Part shown: positions 1-9,408 of the stretch, in pieces
How the letters are laid out: every line of letters starts with the position of its first letter
Position numbering within the stretch: the stretch's first letter is position 1
Source: Candidatus Latescibacterota bacterium
GTDB taxonomy: Bacteria; Latescibacterota; UBA2968; UBA8231
Length of the DNA: 64,000 bases
Direction: 5' to 3'
Assembly: GCA_965203175.1 (NCBI GenBank)
Contig: OZ241867.1
Span: 4,864,001-4,928,000, forward strand
Translations under genes and position numbers: made by a program
The notes under the pieces: generated by a model
Database searches by the model: none
What the model was told of the DNA's origin: nothing
The model's input: only the letters and a program-made list of their open reading frames with translations

Positions 1-2037
1 CCCCATCAGATCGTCGGCCCCAATCCGCAGGAGGGCTTGGTTCTGCATCCGCGCGATGGCGCTCAAATCGCCACGCACCTGACGAGGCTCCAGTCCTTGG
101 CTAGCTTGGCTAACTAAACTGTCGAGCAGAGCCGGATCGCGGCGCAAAAGATCGGCGAGGAAGCGGCTCGAGCCACAGATGGAAATGAGCAAGGTGCGAA
201 AGCCTGTGTGCTCTTGCAACAAGGAGTACAAAGCACCCGGCGCACCATACGCCTCGACTAGCTGCGTGAAGCGCAAAAGCCCTTGGTCCGGGTCGGGGGC
301 CGCGGCCAGCGAATTTAGCAATTCCGGCAACAGGGCCTCAAAGTGTGCACCGCTCCCGCTCAACAACAGGCCCATGGCTGCCAACTGCTGCAAGCGACGG
401 TGTGCGGCGGCCCCATCGACAAAGCCCCGCGCCGCCAAATTGGCTTGCGCTGCCTCGCTGCCGTTTTCGACTTCCAAAAGCCACGTCGGCGCACGCGGAA
501 CCGCCGCGTCGCTGTAAAACAATGCAGCAAATAGCCGGCGCACCCGCAGCCGGTGCTCGGCTAGCGCGCCGGTAAAGGCCCGTGCATCTTCATAGCCCAT
601 GCTCAGGGCCAAGGCCCGCGCGGCGCGCGCATCTTCTGGGATGGCGTAGTCGGGCCGGCCAGAGGCGATTTGCAACAGATTTTCAACGCGGCGAAAAAAC
701 TCGTACGCGTTCTTTAGCGCGCTGGCCTCGGCCGCAGTCAAGGCCGACACCTCGGCCAAGCGGTCGATGGCGGCCAGGGTGTTGTGGACGCGCGCTTGCG
801 GCCGGAATCCCCCGTAGAGCAACTGTAAGCACTGCACGATGAATTCAATGTCGCGGATCCCCCCCGCTTGCAGCTTGATGTTGTTCTCGCCGCGCGGGCG
901 CTCGCGGATGCTCGCCTCAATCCGCTCCTTGATGCGGCGGATTTCCTCGTGCGGTGCTGAGTGAAAGTGAGCTGGGTAGATAAAGGGCCGGAGCATGGCC
1001 TCGTATTGCGTACCCAGCGTCTGCGATCCCGCCACGCGCCGAGCCTTGATGAGCATCTGCCGCTCCCACAATTCTCCGCGTGTCTCGTAATAAGTCCAAC
1101 TTGCGCGCAACGAGTGCGTCAAGGTGCCGCTTGCGCCCTCGGGGCGGAGTCGCATATCGACTCGGTAGAAAAACCCCTCCTTGGTCGACTCGGTCAGTAC
1201 TTGGACTAAGCGCTGGCCTAAACGGCGAAAAAACTCGCTGTTCTCCAGCGGCATCCCCTCCCCTTCAGGCTGGGTCTCGCCTTCGCCATCCCACACGAAA
1301 ATTAGGTCGATGTCCGAACTGTAGTTTAACTCTTGTCCTCCGTATTTGCCCAAGCCGACGACGAGAAAGCGCGCCGGACGGTCGCGCTCGTCTAGCGGAC
1401 GACCGTGTTCCTGCCACAAGGCGTGCTCGCATGTTTCAAGGGCCAACTCGACCACCACGTCGGCTAAATCGGCCAGTTCTCTCCCTATTTGCGCGACCGG
1501 CTTGGTACCGAGGACTTCGGCGGCACCAATGCGCAAAAATTCGCGCCTATGCACCCGCCGCAATACCTCCAGACGCTCCTCGTACTCGGAAGTATGATTG
1601 AGATCGGTGCGTAAAATCTGCCGCAGAACACTCCGCTCCAGTGGCTCGACTAAGTGCGGTGTCTCGACCAACAGCCACAGCAGAAACTCGGAATTGCGCA
1701 CCAAGATGTCGGCGAGGAAGGTGCTGTAACTCACGATCTGCACCAAGCGCCGGCACAGAATGGGGTCGGCTTCCAAGTGGGAGAAAAGCCCCCGAGGGGT
1801 GCCGTACGCTATGGCCAAGCGCGTCAACTGCCGCAGTCCCTCGTCCGGCCAGCCCGTTGTGGCCAGTTCGGCCAACGCGAGGGCTGGCAGCGGCGCAGAT
1901 TGCGGCGGGCTGCCGATCCGGTCCAAGATCTCTAGGGTTTGGACCGGATCGGCAAAACCCAATTGCTCTAGTGAATTTAGGGCTTTAGCCGCATCGGCGG
2001 TGAGGGCGCAACGGGCCAGTTCCAACGCGGTAGGCAC
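1..2037 (-). CDS. glnE: Glutamine synthetase adenylyltransferase/adenylyl-removing enzyme (partial, runs off left edge)
   Basis: Manual translation of the minus strand from a GTG at 2037 gives the GlnE motifs GLGKYGGQELNYSSDIDLIF, DMRLRPEG, WERQMLIKAR and NIKLQAGGIRDIEF. Not in the ORF track because its stop lies outside the window; sits directly downstream of PII. Confidence 0.92.
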   Translation of the reverse strand, partial: MPTALELARCALTADAAKALNSLEQLGFADPVQTLEILDRIGSPPQSAPLPALALAELATTGWPDEGLRQLTRLAIAYGTPRGLFSHLEADPILCRRLVQIVSYSTFLADILVRNSEFLLWLLVETPHLVEPLERSVLRQILRTDLNHTSEYEERLEVLRRVHRREFLRIGAAEVLGTKPVAQIGRELADLADVVVELALETCEHALWQEHGRPLDERDRPARFLVVGLGKYGGQELNYSSDIDLIFVWDGEGETQPEGEGMPLENSEFFRRLGQRLVQVLTESTKEGFFYRVDMRLRPEGASGTLTHSLRASWTYYETRGELWERQMLIKARRVAGSQTLGTQYEAMLRPFIYPAHFHSAPHEEIRRIKERIEASIRERPRGENNIKLQAGGIRDIEFIVQCLQLLYGGFRPQARVHNTLAAIDRLAEVSALTAAEASALKNAYEFFRRVENLLQIASGRPDYAIPEDARAARALALSMGYEDARAFTGALAEHRLRVRRLFAALFYSDAAVPRAPTWLLEVENGSEAAQANLAARGFVDGAAAHRRLQQLAAMGLLLSGSGAHFEALLPELLNSLAAAPDPDQGLLRFTQLVEAYGAPGALYSLLQEHTGFRTLLISICGSSRFLADLLRRDPALLDSLVSQASQGLEPRQVRGDLSAIARMQNQALLRIGADDLMG

Positions 2038-2047
2038 TGCCGGAGCT

Positions 2048-2386
2048 TCAGAGGGCGTTTTCGCCGGTTTCGCCGGTGCGGATGCGGATAGCCTCGACCA
2101 GTTCGGAAACGAAGATCTTGCCGTCGCCGACCTCGCCGGTAGCAGCCGACTCTATGATGGCTTCCACTGCTTCGTCGAGTTGACCATCACCAACGGCCAA
2201 TTCAATGCGAATTTTGGGCATAAAGTCGAGTTGGTACTCGGCACCGCGGTAGATTTCGCTGTGGCCGCGCTGGCGGCCGCAGCCGCGCACCTCGCTGACG
2301 GACATCCCGACGAGGCCAATCGCGGCCAAGGAACTTTTGACCTCGTCGAGTTTGAAGGGCTTGATAAAGGCCACGATGTTTTTCAC
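2048..2386 (-). CDS. glnB: Nitrogen regulatory protein P-II
   Basis: 112 aa; IKPFKLDEVK, T-loop EIYRGAEY (Tyr51), GEVGDGKIF, IRIRTGETG. Confidence 0.95.
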   Translation of the reverse strand: MKNIVAFIKPFKLDEVKSSLAAIGLVGMSVSEVRGCGRQRGHSEIYRGAEYQLDFMPKIRIELAVGDGQLDEAVEAIIESAATGEVGDGKIFVSELVEAIRIRTGETGENAL

Positions 2387-2396
2387 GGCATCCCTC

Positions 2397-3020
2397 TCAA
2401 CGAGGCGAAAAGCGGGGCTTGCGGCCGTAGCTTATACCGCCGGATGTCGGCATCTGGGCGACGCCGAGGGGCTGTTGTTGGCTGCCGTGAATGGGGCCGA
2501 TGCAACTGGCCGGGATTTCTTCGGTTAGCACGACCGTGCCGCGAGCAAAAAAGCGACAGCCCTCCTCGTGGGCCTTGGCCGCGAGAATTTCCACTACGCA
2601 GGGGGTGTCGCGTTGGTGGCTGTGCGACTCGGCCGCCTCGCGCGTCAGCGACAGATGCACGTAGTAGCGATCGCCCGGGGAAATGCCCTCGCTGGCAAAG
2701 CGCTGGGCCGCGCTGCGGGTCGTGCCCATGTAGAGCCGCTCGGGTGGCGGGTCCATGGGTTCGCCGTCCATATCGACGAAAAAACTGTGTCCGTACAGCG
2801 CGCGGATGCCGAACTCATTCAACTCAAAGCGATACTGATCCGGGTCATTGACAAGGTCGACGATTTCGGTTTCGGCCACCTCTGAGTAGCGTTCTTGTAC
2901 TCCTTGTACCACCTGATCCAACGGCGCGTAGCCGTAAGCATCAATCTCCAGTCCAAATTCGTCGGGCCGATGCCTGAGCATCAGCGAAAGCAATTTGGAA
3001 ATGCGACTTGTATTGGCCAC
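2397..3020 (-). CDS. kptA: RNA 2'-phosphotransferase (Tpt1/KptA family)
   Basis: SKLLSLMLRH, YRF, IRALYGHS, PPERLYMGT, DRYYVHLS, matching the Tpt1 motif order. Confidence 0.85.
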   Translation of the reverse strand: MANTSRISKLLSLMLRHRPDEFGLEIDAYGYAPLDQVVQGVQERYSEVAETEIVDLVNDPDQYRFELNEFGIRALYGHSFFVDMDGEPMDPPPERLYMGTTRSAAQRFASEGISPGDRYYVHLSLTREAAESHSHQRDTPCVVEILAAKAHEEGCRFFARGTVVLTEEIPASCIGPIHGSQQQPLGVAQMPTSGGISYGRKPRFSPR

Positions 3021-3073
3021 TGCTCATCGCGTCCTTTCAGCATTAGCGCGCCGACCCAGAGGCCGGCGCGGTC

Positions 3074-3529
3074 TTAGGGGTTCCACTGTGCGCGATAAGC
3101 TTCAATGGCTTGGGCAACCGCCTCGTCGGATAGAGCGATGATTTGAGCCGCCAGCATGGCTGCATTGCGGGCATTGTCAATGCCGACAGTCGCCACCGGG
3201 ATCCCCGGAGGCATCTGCACGATGGAGTAGAGAGAATCGACTCCACGGAGCGCGCCCGAGGCAATGGGAACCCCGATGACCGGCAGAGTCGTATGCGCCG
3301 CCACCACTCCGGGCAGGGCCGCAGCTAAGCCGGCACCGGCGATGATCACCTTGAGGCCGCGGCCAGCCGCCTCGCTGGCCCAAGCAGCGGTGCGCTCGGG
3401 GTTGCGGTGGGCCGAAGATACGACCATCTCGTAGCCAAGGCCCAGCTCTTCGAGCACCGCCGCTCCCTTGCGCATGATGTCCTCATCCGAGGTACTGCCC
3501 ATGATTACGCCAACGCGAATGTCTGCCAT
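3074..3529 (-). CDS. purE: N5-carboxyaminoimidazole ribonucleotide mutase
   Basis: [40 protein letters not shown]. Confidence 0.96.
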   Translation of the reverse strand: MADIRVGVIMGSTSDEDIMRKGAAVLEELGLGYEMVVSSAHRNPERTAAWASEAAGRGLKVIIAGAGLAAALPGVVAAHTTLPVIGVPIASGALRGVDSLYSIVQMPPGIPVATVGIDNARNAAMLAAQIIALSDEAVAQAIEAYRAQWNP

Positions 3530-3616
3530 GTAAAAACGCCCTCCCTGCGAATTTTATCGCGCACAGTAACGATCAAGCGTTAAGATAAGCCAAATCGCCC
3601 GCGCGCGACAACCGCC

Positions 3617-4816
3617 CTAAGAGGCGTTCATCTTGCGGCGCAGGAAGGTGGGAATATCCAAGTCGCCAACTGCGGGGCGCGCTGGATCCTCCTGATGCTC
3701 CTGGGGGATGTCCTGGCCGTTGCGCAGATACGTGGGCACGTCCAAGGAGGTGCCCCCATTGCCGACGAGGACCGGGCTGCCAATGTTCAGCGGATCCGAC
3801 TCCGCATCCTGCGCCGGCTCCTCTTGTGCGCGGGCTGGTGCCTCGGCTTCGCTGCCCTTGTTTAGGCTGAAGCCCGTGGCTATGACTGTCACGCGGATGT
3901 TCTCGGTCAAGCTGTCGTCGATTACGGTGCCAAAGATGATCTCGGCATCCGAGCCGGTTTCCTCGTTGATCAACGACATGACCTCGTTGACCTCGTAGAG
4001 TGTGAGATTGGAATCAGCGGCGATATTGATCAACACGCCCTTGGCACCGGCGATCGACACATCCTCCAAAAGTGGGCTGTTGATCGCCTTGCGAGCGGCC
4101 TCCACGGCCCGCTCTTCGCCGCTGTGCTCCCCGAGACCCATAATCGCATCCCCGCCCTTGGAAATCACAGTGCGCACATCGTTGAAGTCGAGATTGACCA
4201 TGCCTGGGATCGTAATCAGGTCGGAGATGCCACGCGTGGCTTGCATCAGCACTTCGTCGGCCTTAAGAAACGCATCCTCGAGCCTAGTGTCGCGGCCGCA
4301 GACGGTCAGCAGACGCTGGTTCTTGATGGTGATCAGGGTGTCAACTTGGTCTTTTAGCTCGGCAATCCCGCTTTTGGCATTCTTCATCCGCGGGCCGCCT
4401 TCCATTAGGAAAGGCTCGGTGACGATACCGACTGTCAGAGCCGCTTGATCGCGGGCGACTTCCGCAACTATGGGCGCAGCCCCCGTGCCCGTGCCGCCAC
4501 CCATGCCAGCCGTGATGAAGATCAGATCCGAATCCTGTAGCTGTTTGGAGACCTTGTCGCGGTCTTCTTCGATGGCTTGCCGGCCCACTTCCGGGTCAGC
4601 ACCGGCACCCAAGCCCCGCGTGACGCTGCCGCCAATGCAAATGGGGAAGTCGGCCCGCGAGGCCTCCAGTGCCTGCGCATCCGTGTTGACGGCGACGAAT
4701 TCGACGCCGTGCATCCCGGACTCGATCATGCGGTTGATGGCATTGCCGCCGCTGCCACCAACGCCGACGACCTTGATTCGCGCCCGATGTTCGTTGTCGA
4801 TTAACCTAATTGCCAT
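3617..4816 (-). CDS. ftsZ: Cell division protein FtsZ
   Basis: GVGGSGGN, tubulin signature GMGGGTGTG, NLDFNDV, C-terminal LDIPTFLR. Confidence 0.98.
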   Translation of the reverse strand: MAIRLIDNEHRARIKVVGVGGSGGNAINRMIESGMHGVEFVAVNTDAQALEASRADFPICIGGSVTRGLGAGADPEVGRQAIEEDRDKVSKQLQDSDLIFITAGMGGGTGTGAAPIVAEVARDQAALTVGIVTEPFLMEGGPRMKNAKSGIAELKDQVDTLITIKNQRLLTVCGRDTRLEDAFLKADEVLMQATRGISDLITIPGMVNLDFNDVRTVISKGGDAIMGLGEHSGEERAVEAARKAINSPLLEDVSIAGAKGVLINIAADSNLTLYEVNEVMSLINEETGSDAEIIFGTVIDDSLTENIRVTVIATGFSLNKGSEAEAPARAQEEPAQDAESDPLNIGSPVLVGNGGTSLDVPTYLRNGQDIPQEHQEDPARPAVGDLDIPTFLRRKMNAS

Positions 4817-4853
4817 GGGTATTCCTCCTTGATTTTCGGGGCTAGCACCGCCG

Positions 4854-6026
4854 CTAGTCCCCTGGTTGTAACCACCTTTTTACGCGCCCGAATACTGAAT
4901 CGAAGGAATCTTCGACCAGTACCGGCGCTTCTTTTTGGTTTTTCCCCTGTTGTTCCTCCGCTCCGTAGAGGAGCAAGCCCAGCGCCGTAGCATATGGCGG
5001 GCTGGTCCACTCTGCGGCTCCCTCAAATCCGACCGGGACGCCGATGCGCACAGGAATGCCAAAGACCCGTTCGGCCAAGGCATCGACTCCGGCGGTTTGC
5101 GCGCCTCCCCCCGTGAGGACGATGCCTGCCCCTAGCTCGACATCGGGCAACGCGGTATAGACCTGCTTGCGGGCTAGTGCCAATATCTCCTCCATCCGCG
5201 CCGCAACGATGTGACCAACAACCTCGCTAGACGCGGCCGCGCACTTGACCCGCTCGGCCTCGGTCCGCGTGGTGCGCAATCCAACGCCTATATCATTGGT
5301 CACGTTCTGTCCCCCCAACCCGATGACGCCCGAGTGGCGTAACCCTTTGCGAACGAAGACCACCACATCGGTCGTGCCGCCGCCAATGTCGATCAGACAG
5401 ACCCCCATCTGCTGTTCGTCTTCATTGAGGACGGCGTAGCTCGAAGCAAGCGGGCCGAGGACGACACTGCGCACATCAACGCCAGCGCGAAGGATGCTGT
5501 GGCAGATGTTCCGCACTGCGGTGACCGAACTAGTGACCACATGTACACTGGCCTCTAAGCGCACCCCGTACATGCCCACGGGATCGAGAATGCCTCGCTG
5601 GCCATTAACGGCAAATTCTTGGGGCAAAACGTGTAGCACCTCGCGGTCGAACGGCACCTTAACCACGCCAGCCGCAGCGAGAACTCGGGTGCGGTCCAGT
5701 GTTCCGATCCATCCGCCTTCGCCACCGACGGCCACCATGCCCGTGCTGTTGAGGCTGGAGATGTATTCGCCAGCAATACCGGCGTACACCGAGTCGATTT
5801 CGACCCCAGCCATTAACTCGGCTTGGCGCATGGCCTCACCAATGGCGTACATGGTCTTCTCCGCATCTACTATTGCCCCGCGCTGTAACCCCTCTGAGGG
5901 TTGCTGGCCTAGGCCTATAATCCGCAGCGGCCGCTCGTCGACCTGCTCGGCAATGACGACGCAGACCTTGGTCGTACCCAAGTCTAGCCCAGCAATGATG
6001 GTATTGTGCTCCTCGCCCCAGTTCAT
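4854..6026 (-). CDS. ftsA: Cell division protein FtsA (internal deletion in subdomain 2B)
   Basis: LDLGTTKV, DIGGGTTD, VLTGGGA and a C-terminal amphipathic helix; start placed at MNWGEE, which overlaps the ftsQ stop. Confidence 0.93.
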   Translation of the reverse strand: MNWGEEHNTIIAGLDLGTTKVCVVIAEQVDERPLRIIGLGQQPSEGLQRGAIVDAEKTMYAIGEAMRQAELMAGVEIDSVYAGIAGEYISSLNSTGMVAVGGEGGWIGTLDRTRVLAAAGVVKVPFDREVLHVLPQEFAVNGQRGILDPVGMYGVRLEASVHVVTSSVTAVRNICHSILRAGVDVRSVVLGPLASSYAVLNEDEQQMGVCLIDIGGGTTDVVVFVRKGLRHSGVIGLGGQNVTNDIGVGLRTTRTEAERVKCAAASSEVVGHIVAARMEEILALARKQVYTALPDVELGAGIVLTGGGAQTAGVDALAERVFGIPVRIGVPVGFEGAAEWTSPPYATALGLLLYGAEEQQGKNQKEAPVLVEDSFDSVFGRVKRWLQPGD

Positions 6027-6850
6027 CCCGATTTGACCTTCTTTTTGCCAACGACCATCTGGCCGGCATAGCGCAAGTCGATATAGGCCGGATCGGAATG
6101 GTTCTGATGGACGCGCGGCATCAGCTTGCGAATGGTGCGAAGCTGACGGGCGACTCCATTTGCGGGCAAGCGCACCTCGAGTCCGTCCCCCGCCAACTGC
6201 AAGCGAATGCCCGTCGCAGCCATCGGCTGGATACTGGCCACATTGAGACAGAATTCCGCATCCGCAGCTACGGCCTCCTCCCACCAGCGCAGTATGGCCA
6301 GCAGCGCGGAATCCGGCACTGCCACGCCCAGCTGCAGCGAGTTGGCGACGACGGATAGCCCGGATATAACGGGCAAATTGCGTGGAGGGGCGACCGGCCG
6401 GTCGCCCGTACTGCCTACGGGAAGCAGGACGCCATCGGGACTAACCCCATAGGTTTGGCCCAAATCGACCCAAGCCACTTGACGGTGCTCGACGATATCG
6501 ACGGCAATGCGATCGGGCGGCTTGCGCACCACGAAGGCCTGTTTGACCCAATACATGGCCTCTAGCCGCTGCACAATCTCGTCTAAGTCGATGGCGAAGA
6601 CGTTGCTACCGGCCATAAGGCCGCTAGCGGCGCGCACGTCCTCCCCATTGAGCCGCCGCAACCCATCCACCTCAATGGCCTTGAGGCCAAATATGGAGAC
6701 CTGGCCGAAGTAGGTGGCTGCCTGATAGGCCGCCAAGGTGCTGCCCGTGGCCAAGATCGAGAGTGCAATCCAAGGCCAACGAGTCTTGGGTCGGCCTTGC
6801 TCCGCCGCAGTTGGCCGCTTCTTGCTCGTCTTGGTCTTCTTGTGGTTCAC
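6023..6850 (-). CDS. ftsQ: Cell division protein FtsQ/DivIB (POTRA domain)
   Basis: Basic N-terminus, one TM helix, POTRA-like region (WVKQAFVVRKPPDRIAVDIVE), C-terminal YIDLRY; lies between murC and ftsA; GTG start assumed. Confidence 0.88.
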   Translation of the reverse strand: MNHKKTKTSKKRPTAAEQGRPKTRWPWIALSILATGSTLAAYQAATYFGQVSIFGLKAIEVDGLRRLNGEDVRAASGLMAGSNVFAIDLDEIVQRLEAMYWVKQAFVVRKPPDRIAVDIVEHRQVAWVDLGQTYGVSPDGVLLPVGSTGDRPVAPPRNLPVISGLSVVANSLQLGVAVPDSALLAILRWWEEAVAADAEFCLNVASIQPMAATGIRLQLAGDGLEVRLPANGVARQLRTIRKLMPRVHQNHSDPAYIDLRYAGQMVVGKKKVKSG

Positions 6851-8232
6851 GAGCGCTCTCCGTCCGCCAAGGCCGCAATTAGTTCCGCAGCCGCCTCGCC
6901 GATATCGCCAGCTCCCATCGCCAACACTAAGTCTCCCCGGCGGCAGATATCCACCAAGTGGGCGACGAGTTGCGCTTTGTCGGGCAGGTACTCCACGGCT
7001 TTGTACCCGCGGGCGCGCAAGGCTTTTGCGATTAGCTCGGAGTCCACGCCCGGCAGGGGATGCTCCCGCGCGGCATAGACTGCGGCCAGCACCACGCAAT
7101 CGGCCGTGGCTAGCACGCGGGCAAAGGCCGTGGCCAAGTCGCGGGTGCGCGAGTACAGATGGGGTTGAAAGACGGCAATAACCCGGCGGCCGCTCTGTCG
7201 CGCAGCAGTCAAGGCCGCGGCCAATTCAGTTGGGTGATGGGCATAGTCATCCACGACTAGCACGCCAGCGAATTCTCCCTTGCACTGAAAGCGTCGGTCC
7301 GCTCCGCCGAACTGCTCCAAGGCGTCGGCGATCGCCGCAAACTCCACCTGTAGCGCGCAGGTCAATGCGGCGGCCCCAGCAGCATTGCGGACATTGTGTA
7401 CTCCGTGGACCTGTAACTCGATTTCGCCCAACTTTTGCCCGTCGAAACACAGGGCAAACCGGCTGCCCCAAGCCCGTTCTTCAAGCTCGGCGATCCGATA
7501 GTCGTTGTCGCCATCCATGCCATAGGTCTGATGGGGGCGCTGCAAGCCGGCCAGCACTCGCTCTCCGACTAATCCATCCCCAGCTAGTACGCTGCGGCCA
7601 CAAAAGGGCAGACGCGCGAGAAATTGGCCGAAGGCCTGCTCGAGGGCCTCCAAGCTCCCATAGTAATCGAGGTGTTCAGCATCTACACTTGTCACGAGGG
7701 CCAAGCTCGGATACAGATGCAAGAAGCCGCCGGCAAACTCGTCGGCCTCCACCACGAAAACCTCGCCGCTTCCCAACTCGGTCTGCGGCCGCCCGTTGAT
7801 CCAGCCCCCAACCAAGACCTGGGGATCGAGGCCAGCGCGACGCAAGATCGCCGCCGCCATCGAAGCAGTCGTCGTCTTGCCATGGGTACCAGCTACGGCG
7901 AGGGTCAACGGCGCGCGGGACAGCTCCCCGAGCACCTCGGCCCGGCTCGCCGTGGGAATGCCCTCTTGCGCGGCGGCCCGCCGTTCGGGATTGTCAGCCG
8001 GCACGGCGGCCGAATATACCACTAGATCCACGCCTTGTACGAACTGGCCATCGTGTCCGACCGCGACGGTGAATCCCTCTTGGCGCAGTAGTGCAACGCT
8101 GCGCGAGTCAGCCTGATCCGATCCGCTTACCACGCAGCCCTTGGCTGCTAGGAGCCGGGCCAAGCCCTCCATGCCCGCTCCGCCGATGCCGACTAGGTGG
8201 ACGCGGCGATATTGGTCCAAGAGCGTCTTCAT
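6847..8232 (-). CDS. murC: UDP-N-acetylmuramate--L-alanine ligase
   Basis: HLVGIGGAGM, AGTHGKTTT, EADE, DDYAHHPTE, FQPHLYSRT. Confidence 0.95.
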   Translation of the reverse strand: MKTLLDQYRRVHLVGIGGAGMEGLARLLAAKGCVVSGSDQADSRSVALLRQEGFTVAVGHDGQFVQGVDLVVYSAAVPADNPERRAAAQEGIPTASRAEVLGELSRAPLTLAVAGTHGKTTTASMAAAILRRAGLDPQVLVGGWINGRPQTELGSGEVFVVEADEFAGGFLHLYPSLALVTSVDAEHLDYYGSLEALEQAFGQFLARLPFCGRSVLAGDGLVGERVLAGLQRPHQTYGMDGDNDYRIAELEERAWGSRFALCFDGQKLGEIELQVHGVHNVRNAAGAAALTCALQVEFAAIADALEQFGGADRRFQCKGEFAGVLVVDDYAHHPTELAAALTAARQSGRRVIAVFQPHLYSRTRDLATAFARVLATADCVVLAAVYAAREHPLPGVDSELIAKALRARGYKAVEYLPDKAQLVAHLVDICRRGDLVLAMGAGDIGEAAAELIAALADGERS

Positions 8233-9353
8233 CGCTGCCAATGCACTAAGCCCTCTTGGTGTTTAGGGGCCATGCGAGCAACCCCCAATAAGATGCCCAC
8301 TCCCGCCATGTTCCCTATCAGTGACGAGCCTCCGTAGCTGACAAAGGGCAGCGGCAAGCCGGTGGTAGGTAATACCCCGACAACTACGCCGATATTCAGC
8401 AGAGCGTACACCGAAATCATTGCCGTAATGCCGACGGCGACCAAAAAGCCATACGCATCACCAGCGTGGGCTCCGATGCGTAGCCCGTAAAACGAGAAAG
8501 CGGCGAAAAGCCCTAGTACGGCCAGTGTACCCACAAGCCCCATTTCCTCGCCAATGACCGAGAAGACAAAATCCGTGTGTGGCTCGGGTAGGTAGTGCTC
8601 TTTTTGCATGCTGTTGCCCAAACCCACCCCCATAAGACCGCCGTTGCCCATGCCCCAGAGCGACTGCTTGAGTTGATAGAAGCCATCCGGATCGCGTTCT
8701 GGATCAATAAAGTTGCTCAAGCGGCGCATCTGATAACTCGAATGCATCAGGGAAAGCCCAATGCCCAACAGCGCGAGCAAGCCGGCCCCGGCCAAGTGGT
8801 GCAAGCGCATTCCGCCGACCCATAGCATGATCAAGGCAATCAGCCCCAGCGCAATAGCCGTCCCCAAGTCGGGCTGTAATAGGATGAGCACGAGAGCGAC
8901 GCCGACGACCAACAAACGGGGGACAAATCCGCGACCAAAGTCGTGTAGCTCGTCGCGCTTGCGCACCAGGACATCCGCCAAGTAGAGCACCAGCGCCAGT
9001 TTGGCGAATTCAGCCGGCTGAAAGGCCACGCCACCGCCCAAGGCCGGAATGCTCAACCAGCGCTGGGCTGCGCCGTGGCCCCATGCCAAGACCAGCAAGA
9101 GCGACAAGAGGGCTAACAACATGATGGGGCGCGAAAGCCGTGCCCACCAATGCAAAGGCAGCCGCGAAAACGCGAACATGAGCACCAAGCCGATGAGGAC
9201 GCGGATGGATTGCTTCTTTAGAAAGAGGCCCGAGTCGCCAAAACTCACGCTCGCCAAGACGGAACTAGAGCTATAGACCATGACCAGCCCCAGACCTACC
9301 AGCATCAGGCAGATCAGCAACACGAACATGCTGTCGCGCTGAACAGCTATCAT
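8229..9353 (-). CDS. ftsW: SEDS peptidoglycan glycosyltransferase FtsW
   Basis: Multi-TM protein; FQPAEFAK, LQPDLGT, LPEPHTDF, PFVSYGGSS. Confidence 0.95.
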   Translation of the reverse strand: MIAVQRDSMFVLLICLMLVGLGLVMVYSSSSVLASVSFGDSGLFLKKQSIRVLIGLVLMFAFSRLPLHWWARLSRPIMLLALLSLLLVLAWGHGAAQRWLSIPALGGGVAFQPAEFAKLALVLYLADVLVRKRDELHDFGRGFVPRLLVVGVALVLILLQPDLGTAIALGLIALIMLWVGGMRLHHLAGAGLLALLGIGLSLMHSSYQMRRLSNFIDPERDPDGFYQLKQSLWGMGNGGLMGVGLGNSMQKEHYLPEPHTDFVFSVIGEEMGLVGTLAVLGLFAAFSFYGLRIGAHAGDAYGFLVAVGITAMISVYALLNIGVVVGVLPTTGLPLPFVSYGGSSLIGNMAGVGILLGVARMAPKHQEGLVHWQR

Positions 9354-9408
9354 CCGCAAGGAACTCTTAGGTTGCTAGGGGATTGAGAATACGCCCGGTG
9401 GGAGCGAG

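Noticed and set aside
1-2037. Apparent lack of a long ORF in the track (possible pseudogene)
   Set aside because: Manually translated stretches give in-frame GlnE motifs up to the window edge; it is missing only because the stop codon is outside the window.
1760-2851. 363-aa plus-strand ORF
   Set aside because: Antisense to glnE, glnB and kptA, which have clear motifs.
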